From a bacterium (GTDB lineage Bacteria > Acidobacteriota > Blastocatellia > HR10): 64,000 nt of DNA. Below are positions 19,140 through 27,706 of this stretch, one piece after another (the stretch's first letter is position 1; every line of letters starts with the position of its first letter). The stretch is from positions 67,264 through 131,263 of the forward strand of contig JBEPZV010000004.1 in the NCBI GenBank assembly GCA_041640655.1, read 5' to 3'. The notes under the pieces are model-generated. The model was given only the letters and a program-made list of their open reading frames with translations. It was not told where the DNA came from and did no database searches. Both the position numbers and the translations under genes were made by a program.

Positions 19140-19904
19140 TCATCGCACCTTATCGGGACTTGGCGGCTTCTCGAAGAGCCTCGGATCAATGGGGACGTTC
19201 ACCTGCACCTCCTCGAAGCTCGCGCGCGAGACCTGCACATCGCCGCGGTATCGGTCTATGCGCAGGGGGAGTTTGATCCCGTCGAAGTCCTGGTAGAGGT
19301 AGAACCGCTCTTCCTCCTCGCCGTAGGCGAGCTTCACGGGCAGATGGGTGTGCGGATCGAAGTAGATCTGGATGCGGTCCACCTCATCCCCGCCGAGCGG
19401 GACGACGACCTCCACGCCGACGCCGCGTTGTCGGAACCAGAGTTCGCGCTCGCCGAGGTAGCGCAAGCGTACATCGGATCGTCGCCAGAGGTCGCGCAGG
19501 ACGGTCTCCAGACTGCGCCGCTGCGCCGTGAGGAAGCGGGCGATCTCCTCCTCCTTTTGATCGCGAAGGTTGCGGGAGGGACCGTCGTAGATCCAGCCGC
19601 GCGAGCCCACGTTGACTTGGATGAACCGATCCTTGCCGCGCCCGAATTCGACGCGTTCGCGATCGGGGTAGACGATGTACAGGGTGAAGGGGAGGAGCGC
19701 CTGCAACTGCTCGCGCTCGTTGAATTGGGAGTAGAGCCCGCGCCCGGTGAGGGATTTGAGGGCGAGATACTTCTCACCGCCGAGCGCGCGGATCGCGGCC
19801 TCCATGAGGGCACGCGCGCGATCCTCTTGCGCGGGGGGGAGTGAGATGAGGATCACCAGAGGAAGAGCCAGACGCGTCGCCACTTGAGAGCGCTCGCCGG
19901 ACAT
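19140..19904 (-). CDS. Exported hypothetical protein (LolA-like beta-rich fold possible)
   Basis: Signal-like N-terminus; AIRALGGE, YFDPHTHLP, YQDFDGIKLP, VNVPIDPRLF. Confidence 0.6.
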   Translation of the reverse strand: MSGERSQVATRLALPLVILISLPPAQEDRARALMEAAIRALGGEKYLALKSLTGRGLYSQFNEREQLQALLPFTLYIVYPDRERVEFGRGKDRFIQVNVGSRGWIYDGPSRNLRDQKEEEIARFLTAQRRSLETVLRDLWRRSDVRLRYLGERELWFRQRGVGVEVVVPLGGDEVDRIQIYFDPHTHLPVKLAYGEEEERFYLYQDFDGIKLPLRIDRYRGDVQVSRASFEEVQVNVPIDPRLFEKPPSPDKVR

Positions 19905-19916
19905 GTCGTCGTTCGC

Positions 19917-22193
19917 TCACAGGACGGCCGCTTCCAGGGCGTGCACCTGAATCTCGCCCTCTCTCACATCCACGAGGAAGTGATCGGCCTCCTTCCACAT
20001 CTGCGTGATGGGGAGCTTGACGTGCTCATCAATGGTGCGCTTGAGGAAGCGAGCGCCGAATTGCAAGCTGTAGCCCAGCTCGACGAGCCGATCCACGGCG
20101 GCATCGGTCACCGTCAGGCTCTTGTTGTACCTGGCCATTTGCGCGCGCGTCTTCTCCAGATACATGCGGGCGATCTCGCGCACCTCCTCGCGCGTGAGGG
20201 GGGAGAAGACGATGATCTCATCAATGCGATTGCGGAACTCCGGCGAGAAATGTTCCTCGGCCGCTCGGATGATCTCCCGCTTGATCTGTTCCAGCGTGTC
20301 CTGGTTCTGCGGGGCGAAACCGAGCGGATTCAGGTACTTCTTGTAGCGGTCGCTGCCCAAGTTTGAGGTCATGATGACGATGGCGTCCGAGAGATAGACC
20401 TTCTTCCCGCGCCCGTCGGTGATCCAGCCCTCGTCGAAGGCTTGCAGGAAGAGCTGCATGAGGTAGATGGACGCCTTCTCGACCTCGTCAATGAGCAAGA
20501 CCGTGAAGGGGTTATCGCGCAGCGCTTCGGTGAGGATACCGCCGCGCTCGCTTCCGACGATGCCGCGCGGCATCCCGATGAGCTTCTCGATGCCGATAGT
20601 GCCGTCTTGGTATTCGGAGCAATCAATGCGGATCATTTTGTTCTCATCGCCGAACATGAATTCGGCGACGGCCTTGGCCAGCTCCGTCTTCCCGACGCCG
20701 GTCGGTCCGAGAAAGAGCAGAACGCCATCGGGACGATAGAAGTTCTCCTTGAGCGGCCCCTTATTCAATCGGAGACGGCGAGCGACCGCGCGAATGGCCT
20801 CCTTCTGCCCGACGACGCGGCGGCCGAGCGCCTCCTCCATCTCCTTGAAGCGCTCGGTCGTGTCGCGGAAGATCATGTCCTTGGGGATGCGCGAGTCCTG
20901 CGAGATGACCTCGATGACGTGTTCGGGCCGGACGATGCGCTCTTCCGGCTGTTCGATCTCGACCTTGACGGCCGCCGTATCGAGCCAGCCGATGACCTTG
21001 TCCGGCAGATGAAGGCCTCGGAGGTATCGCGGCGCCATCTCGAGCGCCGTCTCGATGGCCTCCTCGGAGATCGTCACCGAGTAGTTCCGCTCCAGACGCG
21101 GTTTGATCCCCTTCAGGATCTGGCGCGTCTCCTCGAGCGTCGGTTCTTCAACCTTGACGACGCGGAAGCGACGGGCGAGGGCCTCATCCTCGGCGATGTA
21201 CTCCTTGTACTCGGTCATGGTCGTCGCGCCGATGATGCGAATCTCGCCCCGGGCGAGCGCGCCCTTGAAGATGTTGGCCGCATCGTTGGAGACGCCCAGA
21301 GCCGCACCCGCGCCGATGATCGTGTGGGCCTCGTCGATGAAGAGGATGATGTTCTCGCGCTCCTTGACCTCGTTGATGATGCCGTGCAGGCGCTCCTCGA
21401 ACATCCCGCGCAACATCGTCCCCGCGACCACGCCCGACATTTGCAATCCGACGATGTGAGCGTTTCGCAAACGCGGGGGGACGCGCTCGGGATGAAATTC
21501 GATGAGCTGCGCAAGTCCTTCGACGATGGCCGTCTTCCCGACGCCCGGATCGCCGACGAGCATGACCGAGTTCGCGCGCTCGCGATGGCAGAGGATCTCC
21601 ATCACTTGCCGCAGCTCTCGCTCGCGGCCGATGAGCGGCGGCAGCTTGTCCTCACGGGCGAGCTTGTTGAAGCTGACGCCGAAATGCTTCAGATAGGGGG
21701 GCAGCTCGTAGCGGCGGCGGAACCGTTCCTCGCGCTCCTCGCGCGAGCGCACGCGCGTGATGATCTTCTGCAAGACGACATCCGGGTCCGCCCCCAATCG
21801 GCGCATTAACTCGACGGGCACGCCCTCCCGGTCCTGGAAGAGGGCGACGAACAGGTCCGAGGAATCAATCTCATTGCGTCCCATCGAGCGCGCGCGATCC
21901 AACGCCAGCTTCAGGACCGTCCGGCACGAGGGATCCAGGCGCATGCCTCGCCCAGTGAACTGACGCGCCACCGAGAGCTGTTCGTTCAGGGCGCGGATGA
22001 CGGCCTGGGGATCAATGTTGAGGCTTTGCATGACCTCGTTGAAGAGCGAGCGCTCGACCTCGATGAGGGCGGCCAGAATGTGCTCGGCCGCGATGATGTT
22101 GTGATCCCGGTGGCGAGACTCCTCAATGGCTCGCCCCATGACGCGGCGTCCGCTCTCGGAGAACTTGTCTTGGAATGGGCCCAAGTCAATCAT
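19917..22193 (-). CDS. Clp/Hsp100 ATPase (ClpA/ClpC-like, two AAA+ modules, atypical pore loops)
   Basis: Clp N repeats; GDPGVGKT/FIDEAH; GPTGVGKT/IDEVEKA; LGF loop; no middle coiled coil. Confidence 0.9.
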   Translation of the reverse strand: MIDLGPFQDKFSESGRRVMGRAIEESRHRDHNIIAAEHILAALIEVERSLFNEVMQSLNIDPQAVIRALNEQLSVARQFTGRGMRLDPSCRTVLKLALDRARSMGRNEIDSSDLFVALFQDREGVPVELMRRLGADPDVVLQKIITRVRSREEREERFRRRYELPPYLKHFGVSFNKLAREDKLPPLIGRERELRQVMEILCHRERANSVMLVGDPGVGKTAIVEGLAQLIEFHPERVPPRLRNAHIVGLQMSGVVAGTMLRGMFEERLHGIINEVKERENIILFIDEAHTIIGAGAALGVSNDAANIFKGALARGEIRIIGATTMTEYKEYIAEDEALARRFRVVKVEEPTLEETRQILKGIKPRLERNYSVTISEEAIETALEMAPRYLRGLHLPDKVIGWLDTAAVKVEIEQPEERIVRPEHVIEVISQDSRIPKDMIFRDTTERFKEMEEALGRRVVGQKEAIRAVARRLRLNKGPLKENFYRPDGVLLFLGPTGVGKTELAKAVAEFMFGDENKMIRIDCSEYQDGTIGIEKLIGMPRGIVGSERGGILTEALRDNPFTVLLIDEVEKASIYLMQLFLQAFDEGWITDGRGKKVYLSDAIVIMTSNLGSDRYKKYLNPLGFAPQNQDTLEQIKREIIRAAEEHFSPEFRNRIDEIIVFSPLTREEVREIARMYLEKTRAQMARYNKSLTVTDAAVDRLVELGYSLQFGARFLKRTIDEHVKLPITQMWKEADHFLVDVREGEIQVHALEAAVL

Positions 22194-22226
22194 AGCCGTC
22201 GCAAGTCGGAATTATACACAGCCGCT

Positions 22227-22952
22227 TCAACCCGACTCAAGGCGCGGCTCATCAGCTTCGGCCGACGTCGCCGATTCGCGAGCGACCCGCTCGGCAGCGC
22301 GCCCGACACGCACGCGTGCCGGGCGGATCAGGGTCTTCTCCCCGAGGCGATACCCAGGCTCGACGACCTCCAGAATCATGCCGTCCTGCTCCGGCCCCAC
22401 CTCGAGGACTTCGACGGCCTCATGCTGCGACGGGTCGAAGGGCTGATGAAGTGGAGCGATGAGAGTGATCCCGCACTGCTCCAGGCGACGTTCGAAGAGC
22501 GCGACGATGGCGCGCATGCCCTCCAAAAGGGCTTGGGCATTCTCGGTCTGCTCAGCAGCGCGCACGGCTCGCTTCAACTCGTCGAGCACATCGAGCACAG
22601 GACCGAGAATTTCCGCCAGGCGGCGCTCGACGCGCTCCTCCAGCATTCGGGTCTGCCGTTCGCGAAAGGCTTCGACCTCCGCCCGCATGCGCTCGCGCGC
22701 TTCTTGGAACGCGCGCTCGATGGCCTGTGCCCGCTCCTCGCTGATCCGGAGTCGCGTCTGCAGCTCCTCGACGTAGGTGGGATACCGGGGCGTCTCCTCC
22801 GCCGGCGCCTCAGCGGGGGCCGCTTCGTCCAACCAGCGCGCGAAGCGCCGCTTATCTACAACGCGAGGCTGAGAATCGTCCGATGCGAGCTCCTCGACCG
22901 TCGGTTCTGCGGAAGGCTCCTTTGGTTCTCTCACCTCGTCCGGTCGCATCAT
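22227..22952 (-). CDS. grpE: Nucleotide exchange factor GrpE
   Basis: PFDPSQHEAV, GYRLGEKTLIRPARVRV. Confidence 0.88.
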   Translation of the reverse strand: MMRPDEVREPKEPSAEPTVEELASDDSQPRVVDKRRFARWLDEAAPAEAPAEETPRYPTYVEELQTRLRISEERAQAIERAFQEARERMRAEVEAFRERQTRMLEERVERRLAEILGPVLDVLDELKRAVRAAEQTENAQALLEGMRAIVALFERRLEQCGITLIAPLHQPFDPSQHEAVEVLEVGPEQDGMILEVVEPGYRLGEKTLIRPARVRVGRAAERVARESATSAEADEPRLESG

Positions 22953-22996
22953 GATTCTTCCCCCCTCACGTCGTTTGAGCGCCGGCCGATCTCACC

Positions 22997-23848
22997 TCAC
23001 GCGCGGGAAGCGTGCTCCAGCAGCCGCCGGATCCGCTCGCGAATGGGCGGATGCGTGCTGAAGAGCGTCATGAAGGTCTCCCCGGCCAACGGATTGACGA
23101 TCATCATATGCGCGGTGGCCGGATTAGCGTCGAGCATCGGAATGCGCGAGACGCCGCGCTCCAGCTTCTCCAGGGCTCGCGCCAGCCCATAGGGATTGCC
23201 GGCGATCTCCGCGCCCGTGGCATCCGCCTGAAATTCCCGCGCGCGCGAGATGGCCATCTGGATCAGAAGCGCCGCCAGCGGAGCGAGGATGAAGAAGAGC
23301 AAGCCGGCCACGCCCCGCAGCGGATTGTCGCGCTCATCGCGCCCCATGCCGCCGAAGAACAGCCCCACTCGCGCCAGCATCATGATCGCGCCCGCGATCG
23401 TCGCCGCCACCGACTGGATGAGGATATCGCGATTCTTGACGTGGGCCAGCTCATGCGCGAGGACGCCCTCCAGCTCTTCGCGATTCAGGAGCTGCAAGAG
23501 CCCTTCGGTGACGGCCACCGCGGCGTGCTCCGGATCGCGCCCCGTGGCGAAGGCATTGGGCGAGAGGCTGGGGATCAGATACAGCCGGGGCATGGGCAGC
23601 CCCGCCCGCGTCGAGAGCCGACGCACGATCTCGTACAACTCCGGCGCTTCCGCTTCGCTCACCGGGCGCGCGCCGTAGCTCGCGAGCGCGATCTTGTCCG
23701 AGAAGTAATAGGCGGCGAAGTTCAGCAGGGCGGCGAAGAAGAAGGCCGCGATCAGCCCTTGCCGACCCCCGATCACCTCGCCGGCCAGCAGGAAGAACAC
23801 TGTCAGCAGCGTCAGCAGCAGAACGGTTCGTACGGTATTGCTCGTCAT
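22997..23848 (-). CDS. htpX: Zinc metalloprotease HtpX
   Basis: [29 protein letters not shown]. Confidence 0.95.
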   Translation of the reverse strand: MTSNTVRTVLLLTLLTVFFLLAGEVIGGRQGLIAAFFFAALLNFAAYYFSDKIALASYGARPVSEAEAPELYEIVRRLSTRAGLPMPRLYLIPSLSPNAFATGRDPEHAAVAVTEGLLQLLNREELEGVLAHELAHVKNRDILIQSVAATIAGAIMMLARVGLFFGGMGRDERDNPLRGVAGLLFFILAPLAALLIQMAISRAREFQADATGAEIAGNPYGLARALEKLERGVSRIPMLDANPATAHMMIVNPLAGETFMTLFSTHPPIRERIRRLLEHASRA

Positions 23849-23884
23849 CGCCTCACCTCCGCGTTCCACCGATGGTCCGTTAAT

Positions 23885-23951
23885 AGTATGGTCGCACCGG
23901 GGCGAAAATTCAACTCCCGCGCTTGACGAGAGCTGAGTGGCTCGTCACAAT
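23885..23951. promoter_or_regulatory. Divergent promoters with an inverted repeat
   Basis: Minus TTGAAT-N17-CATACT; plus TTGACG-N17-CACAAT; TGACGAG-N10-CTCGTCA at 23924-23947. Confidence 0.55.
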
Positions 23952-23990
23952 CAAGCGTGACTGACATAACGCCGACACCTGAGGCGCACG

Positions 23991-24329
23991 ATGATGAGGC
24001 GACAGAAAGCGCGAAAAAGGCCCATGCCGCTTGTTGAGGCGATCGTGGGACTGCCGTTCTACACGCGGGAGGAGTTTCGAAAGCAGGTGCAATATGCGGA
24101 GGACAGTCTCGGCTGCGAGAGTTATGAGCAGTGGGTTCGCGCGCATCACGAGTTGAAGCGGAGGCTGGAGGCGCTGGGCGTCGTCGTGGTCGAGGTCCCG
24201 ATCAACGTCGAGGAGATGCAGCAGTACTTCCTGCAGTACGGACTCCGAAACGATGCGGCGAATCGCAGCCAGTATGTCGCCCGAAAGCTCTTCGAGCGAC
24301 GCGATCTCGTGTCGCTCGTTCGTCGGTGA
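23991..24329 (+). CDS. Small hypothetical protein
   Basis: 112-aa ORF with normal composition, downstream of a promoter. Confidence 0.65.
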   Translation: MMRRQKARKRPMPLVEAIVGLPFYTREEFRKQVQYAEDSLGCESYEQWVRAHHELKRRLEALGVVVVEVPINVEEMQQYFLQYGLRNDAANRSQYVARKLFERRDLVSLVRR

Positions 24330-24339
24330 GCCCATCGCG

Positions 24340-25416
24340 ATGTGGAGAGACGGCCCACGTGCGTTCGCCGTTGGGAAGCTCCCGCCGGACGTCCTTCAGC
24401 GCGCGCTCGCCACAATCCCCATTGAGGACAAACGGGTGAGAATCGGGCCACGACTGGGTGAGGATGCGGCCGCGATCGCCTTCGACGACGTCTATCTCGT
24501 CGCGAAGACCGATCCGATCACGTTCGCCACCGAGCGCATTGGGTGGTACGCCGTGCACATCAATGCGAACGACGTGGCCGTCATGGGCGCGCGACCGCGG
24601 TGGTTCCTCGCCGCGCTGTTGCTGCCGGAAGGGAAGACGGACGCGGCGCTCGTGGACCACATCTTCCAGGACATCCTGAGCGCGTGCCGTGAGCTGGGGA
24701 TCACGCTCTGCGGCGGGCATACGGAGATCACCTATGGGTTGGATCGCCCTGTGGTCGTCGGCCACATGCTCGGCGAAGTGCCTCGGGAAAAGCTCGTCGA
24801 GAAACGGATGGAGCCGGGGGATCGCATTCTGCTGACCAAGGGCATCGCTATTGAGGGGACGGCGATTCTGGCGCGAGAGAGAGCGTCGGAGCTGGCCTCC
24901 GTGTGCGAGGCCGGGCTTCTGGAGCGCGCTCGGCGCTTGCTCTTTGATCCGGGCATCAGCGTGGTGCGCGAGGCGCTCCGAGCGGTCGAGGTCGCGCGCG
25001 TGCATGCCATGCATGATCCGACCGAAGGGGGACTAGTCGGCGGTCTCTGCGAGCTGGCGGCCGCCGGCGGGGTCGGCCTGCAGATCTGGCGGGATCGCAT
25101 TCCTCTCCGGCCGGAGACCGATGTCCTCTGTCGCCACCTTGGGCTGGACCCGCTGCGGCTCATCGCCTCGGGGGCGCTCCTCATCGTCGCGCCGCCCGAT
25201 CAGTGTGCGAGGATCGAAGACGCCTTGCGATCAGAAGGCATCGAGGTGGCCGAGATCGGGGAAGTGCGAGAGCGCGCGTATGGGCTTAAACTCGAGGTGG
25301 AAGGGGAGCCTGTCGAACTGACCTTCCCCGAACGCGATGAGATCGCGCGCGTTTTCGAAACCATCCCTTCCGAGCCCCACGGTGAGGAAGGGCATTCCTC
25401 CACGCATGAGCCATGA
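24340..25416 (+). CDS. AIR synthase family (HypE/ThiL-like) protein
   Basis: GKLP, GEDAA, NANDVAVMGA, GGHTE, MHDPTEGG; start uncertain. Confidence 0.85.
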   Translation: MWRDGPRAFAVGKLPPDVLQRALATIPIEDKRVRIGPRLGEDAAAIAFDDVYLVAKTDPITFATERIGWYAVHINANDVAVMGARPRWFLAALLLPEGKTDAALVDHIFQDILSACRELGITLCGGHTEITYGLDRPVVVGHMLGEVPREKLVEKRMEPGDRILLTKGIAIEGTAILARERASELASVCEAGLLERARRLLFDPGISVVREALRAVEVARVHAMHDPTEGGLVGGLCELAAAGGVGLQIWRDRIPLRPETDVLCRHLGLDPLRLIASGALLIVAPPDQCARIEDALRSEGIEVAEIGEVRERAYGLKLEVEGEPVELTFPERDEIARVFETIPSEPHGEEGHSSTHEP

Positions 25417-26294
25417 ATCGCCGGGTGTATCCTCTTGTCCTGCGGGAGCGCGCACTGGAGCTTGGCGCGCGCACGTTGATCATGGGCATCCTCAATGTGA
25501 CGCCCGATTCGTTCTCGGATGGAGGCGAATTCTTCTCAGTAGAGCGAGCAGTGGCTCGCGCTCTGGAGATCGAAGCTGAGGGAGCGGATCTGCTGGACAT
25601 CGGCGGGGAATCCACGCGCCCCGGAGCGAAACCGGTTCCTCTTGAGGAAGAGCTGCGCCGCGTCCTTCCCGTCATCGAGCGCCTGCAGGGGCGCCTCCGC
25701 ATCCCCATCTCCGTGGATACGACTAAGTATGAAGTCGCGCGCGCGGCTTTGGAAGCCGGAGTCGCGATGCTTAACGATGTGAGTGGGCTCCGGCGCGATG
25801 CACGGCTGGCCGATTTGGCAGCTGAATTCGGCGCCGCTCTCGTCCTCATGCACTCGCGAGGGACGCCTGAGACGATGCAAGACCTGCCTCCGAGTCCGGA
25901 TATCTTGGGGGAGATCGCCGAGCATTTCGCTTGGGCTCTGGCCCGCGCTCTCGCGCGCGGCGTGGCCCCGGAACAGATCGTGCTTGATCCCGGGCTCGGC
26001 TTCGGCAAGACCATCGAGGATAATCTGCTCATCCTGAATCGGCTCGACCGCTTCGCCGAATTCGGGCGTCCGTTGCTCGTCGGCCCTTCGCGCAAATCCT
26101 TCATCGGTCATATCACGGGGAGAGAACCTCGCGAACGCGTCTTCGGCACGGCAGCGGCCGTCGTCGCCGCCATCTTCAGAGGGGCGCACATCGTCCGTGT
26201 TCATGACGTGCGCCAGATGCGCGATGTCGTCCGCGTCGCCGATGCGATCCTTCGCGCCGGAGAAGCCGAAGCCTCGCGCCAGCCGATATTCTGA
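25413..26294 (+). CDS. folP: Dihydropteroate synthase
   Basis: MGILNVTPDSFSDGG, GGESTRPG, DPGLGFGK, SRKSFI, RVHDV. Confidence 0.96.
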   Translation: MNRRVYPLVLRERALELGARTLIMGILNVTPDSFSDGGEFFSVERAVARALEIEAEGADLLDIGGESTRPGAKPVPLEEELRRVLPVIERLQGRLRIPISVDTTKYEVARAALEAGVAMLNDVSGLRRDARLADLAAEFGAALVLMHSRGTPETMQDLPPSPDILGEIAEHFAWALARALARGVAPEQIVLDPGLGFGKTIEDNLLILNRLDRFAEFGRPLLVGPSRKSFIGHITGREPRERVFGTAAAVVAAIFRGAHIVRVHDVRQMRDVVRVADAILRAGEAEASRQPIF

Positions 26295-26388
26295 GGAGCC
26301 GTGGTCCTCAGTAGGCCGCCCGTCCTTGCGCCCGGGGAATACGCGGGGCCGTGTACGGGAACTCCCCACCGTCACGAAGGAGGAATGA

Positions 26389-26472
26389 GTACGGGCGGGT
26401 GCGTTTGGACGCCCGGTGGGTGGATTGGGAGGTAAAGGAGGATGGGGCATGTTAGGAGGTACCCGCCCGTAC
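26389..26472. repeat. REP-like inverted doublet
   Basis: GTACGGGCGGGT ... ACCCGCCCGTAC (12 bp perfect); each arm has an internal GGGCG..YGCCC palindrome. Confidence 0.55.
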
Positions 26473-26499
26473 GATTCGCCGTCAGGGTGGAGCTTGGCC

Positions 26500-27381
26500 A
26501 AAAGGAATGGGAGGCCGGTTGCTGCTCGAAGGAGGAAGCTACTGTCGCCACCTCAGCATGAGAGCTTCTCGCGAAACTGCAGCATTCACCGGCACTCCCT
26601 CCCTCCGCTCGGACCTCTTGCCTCAGGCCGTCCGAGTCGATCGGGAAAGGAAGGCTGAGAAGATGGCCCTGCCATCGGCCACCACATGAGCCCGCACATG
26701 GAGAATCAGTCACATCCGCCGCCGCTCGGAGAGGAGCACGTGATCGCAGCGCGCGCGCCCGCCCGTGCGTTCGGACTCGCTTCCGCAAATGTCGCTTCCT
26801 GAAAGCACCGCCGCCGGAGAGGGAAGCCAGCGCCTGATCTGCCGCTTGACCGAAGACGATGGCAGGGCCAATCCTGGTAAGGAGGGTGGAGCACGATTCG
26901 ACGAGAATAGAAGAAACATGCCGCAGCTCGGCCCGCCTTCGGTCCGCTGGAGCCATCACCGCCGATGCTGCGAGCTTGACCTCCGCATCTGCGCCCACTC
27001 CGCTGCGAGCCATCACTCTCGCTTGAGCATCCGAAGGAACATCAGACACATAGCGCCGGAACCCGAACTGCCACATCCGCTGCATCTGGCATCTGAGCTG
27101 AGCTCCCACCGCTGCCGGTACCCACTCTTGAACCTTCCGCTTCATCCGATCACCCGAATCAGGCAAAGCTGCGGCAATTCCGTCAGGCCCATCCAAAGGC
27201 ACTAGGTGCAAGACCTTGTGGACTTCGCGGACGCCATTCTGCAGCTCGCTCTCGAGCCCAATCGCCCATTTGCTCTTTCCGCTCAAGCCTTGCATCACCT
27301 CTGCGCCTCCAGAGGGGCCACTCGATATTCCGTTGCGCCTCTCGCCCGCCCGCCGTCTCAAAGATCGCCTTGCCGACGGTC
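26500..27381 (-). ncRNA. Candidate large structured non-coding RNA (unclassified)
   Basis: Strong upstream promoter; long-range perfect helices (14 bp 26664-26677/26857-26870; 10 bp 26919-26928/27167-27176); terminal multi-stem followed by TTTT. Confidence 0.35.
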
Positions 27382-27387
27382 GCGCAT

Positions 27388-27416
27388 GTTATAGCACGAG
27401 TCCGGCAGAAAGTCAA
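27388..27416 (-). promoter_or_regulatory. sigma70 promoter with extended -10
   Basis: TTGACT-N17-TATAAC with TGn immediately before the -10. Confidence 0.7.
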
Positions 27417-27706
27417 GAAAAAAGTTCAAGTAATTTCTCAACTCTGCCCGACTAAGGCATGGCGAATTAAGGACTAATATCGAGGACGACCATAACCCTT
27501 TCCCCTGCTACGACTTAACGATGCTTGAAGCCTGTCTGAAACCTGCCGGCCCCACAGGGCAGGTTCATCCAGATGCAGATCTCAAGAAGTGGGACCCAGG
27601 CCGGAAGGGAGCGAGCTCGGGCCAGATGCTCAGCTTATCTTCGCTCAGATCAATAGCTTGCAGTAAGAGCGTCATGAGGACCCCTCGCTTGATCTCCTGC
27701 TGTTGC

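Noticed and set aside
26340..26380. Group II intron domain V-like GCCGTGTACGGGAA
   Set aside because: The complementary DV stem, DVI and any reverse transcriptase gene are absent.
26889..26925. tmRNA 5'-like GATTCGACG...CATGCCG
   Set aside because: No GGGG acceptor stem, tag reading frame or matching 3' T-arm/CCA found.
26372..27361. 329-aa minus-strand ORF
   Set aside because: No recognisable motif, weak start context, and it runs through REP-like repeats. Not called as a CDS, though not formally excluded.
27596..27616. SRP RNA helix-8-like word CAGGCCGGAAGGGAGC
   Set aside because: One base short of the conserved motif and no long flanking hairpin.
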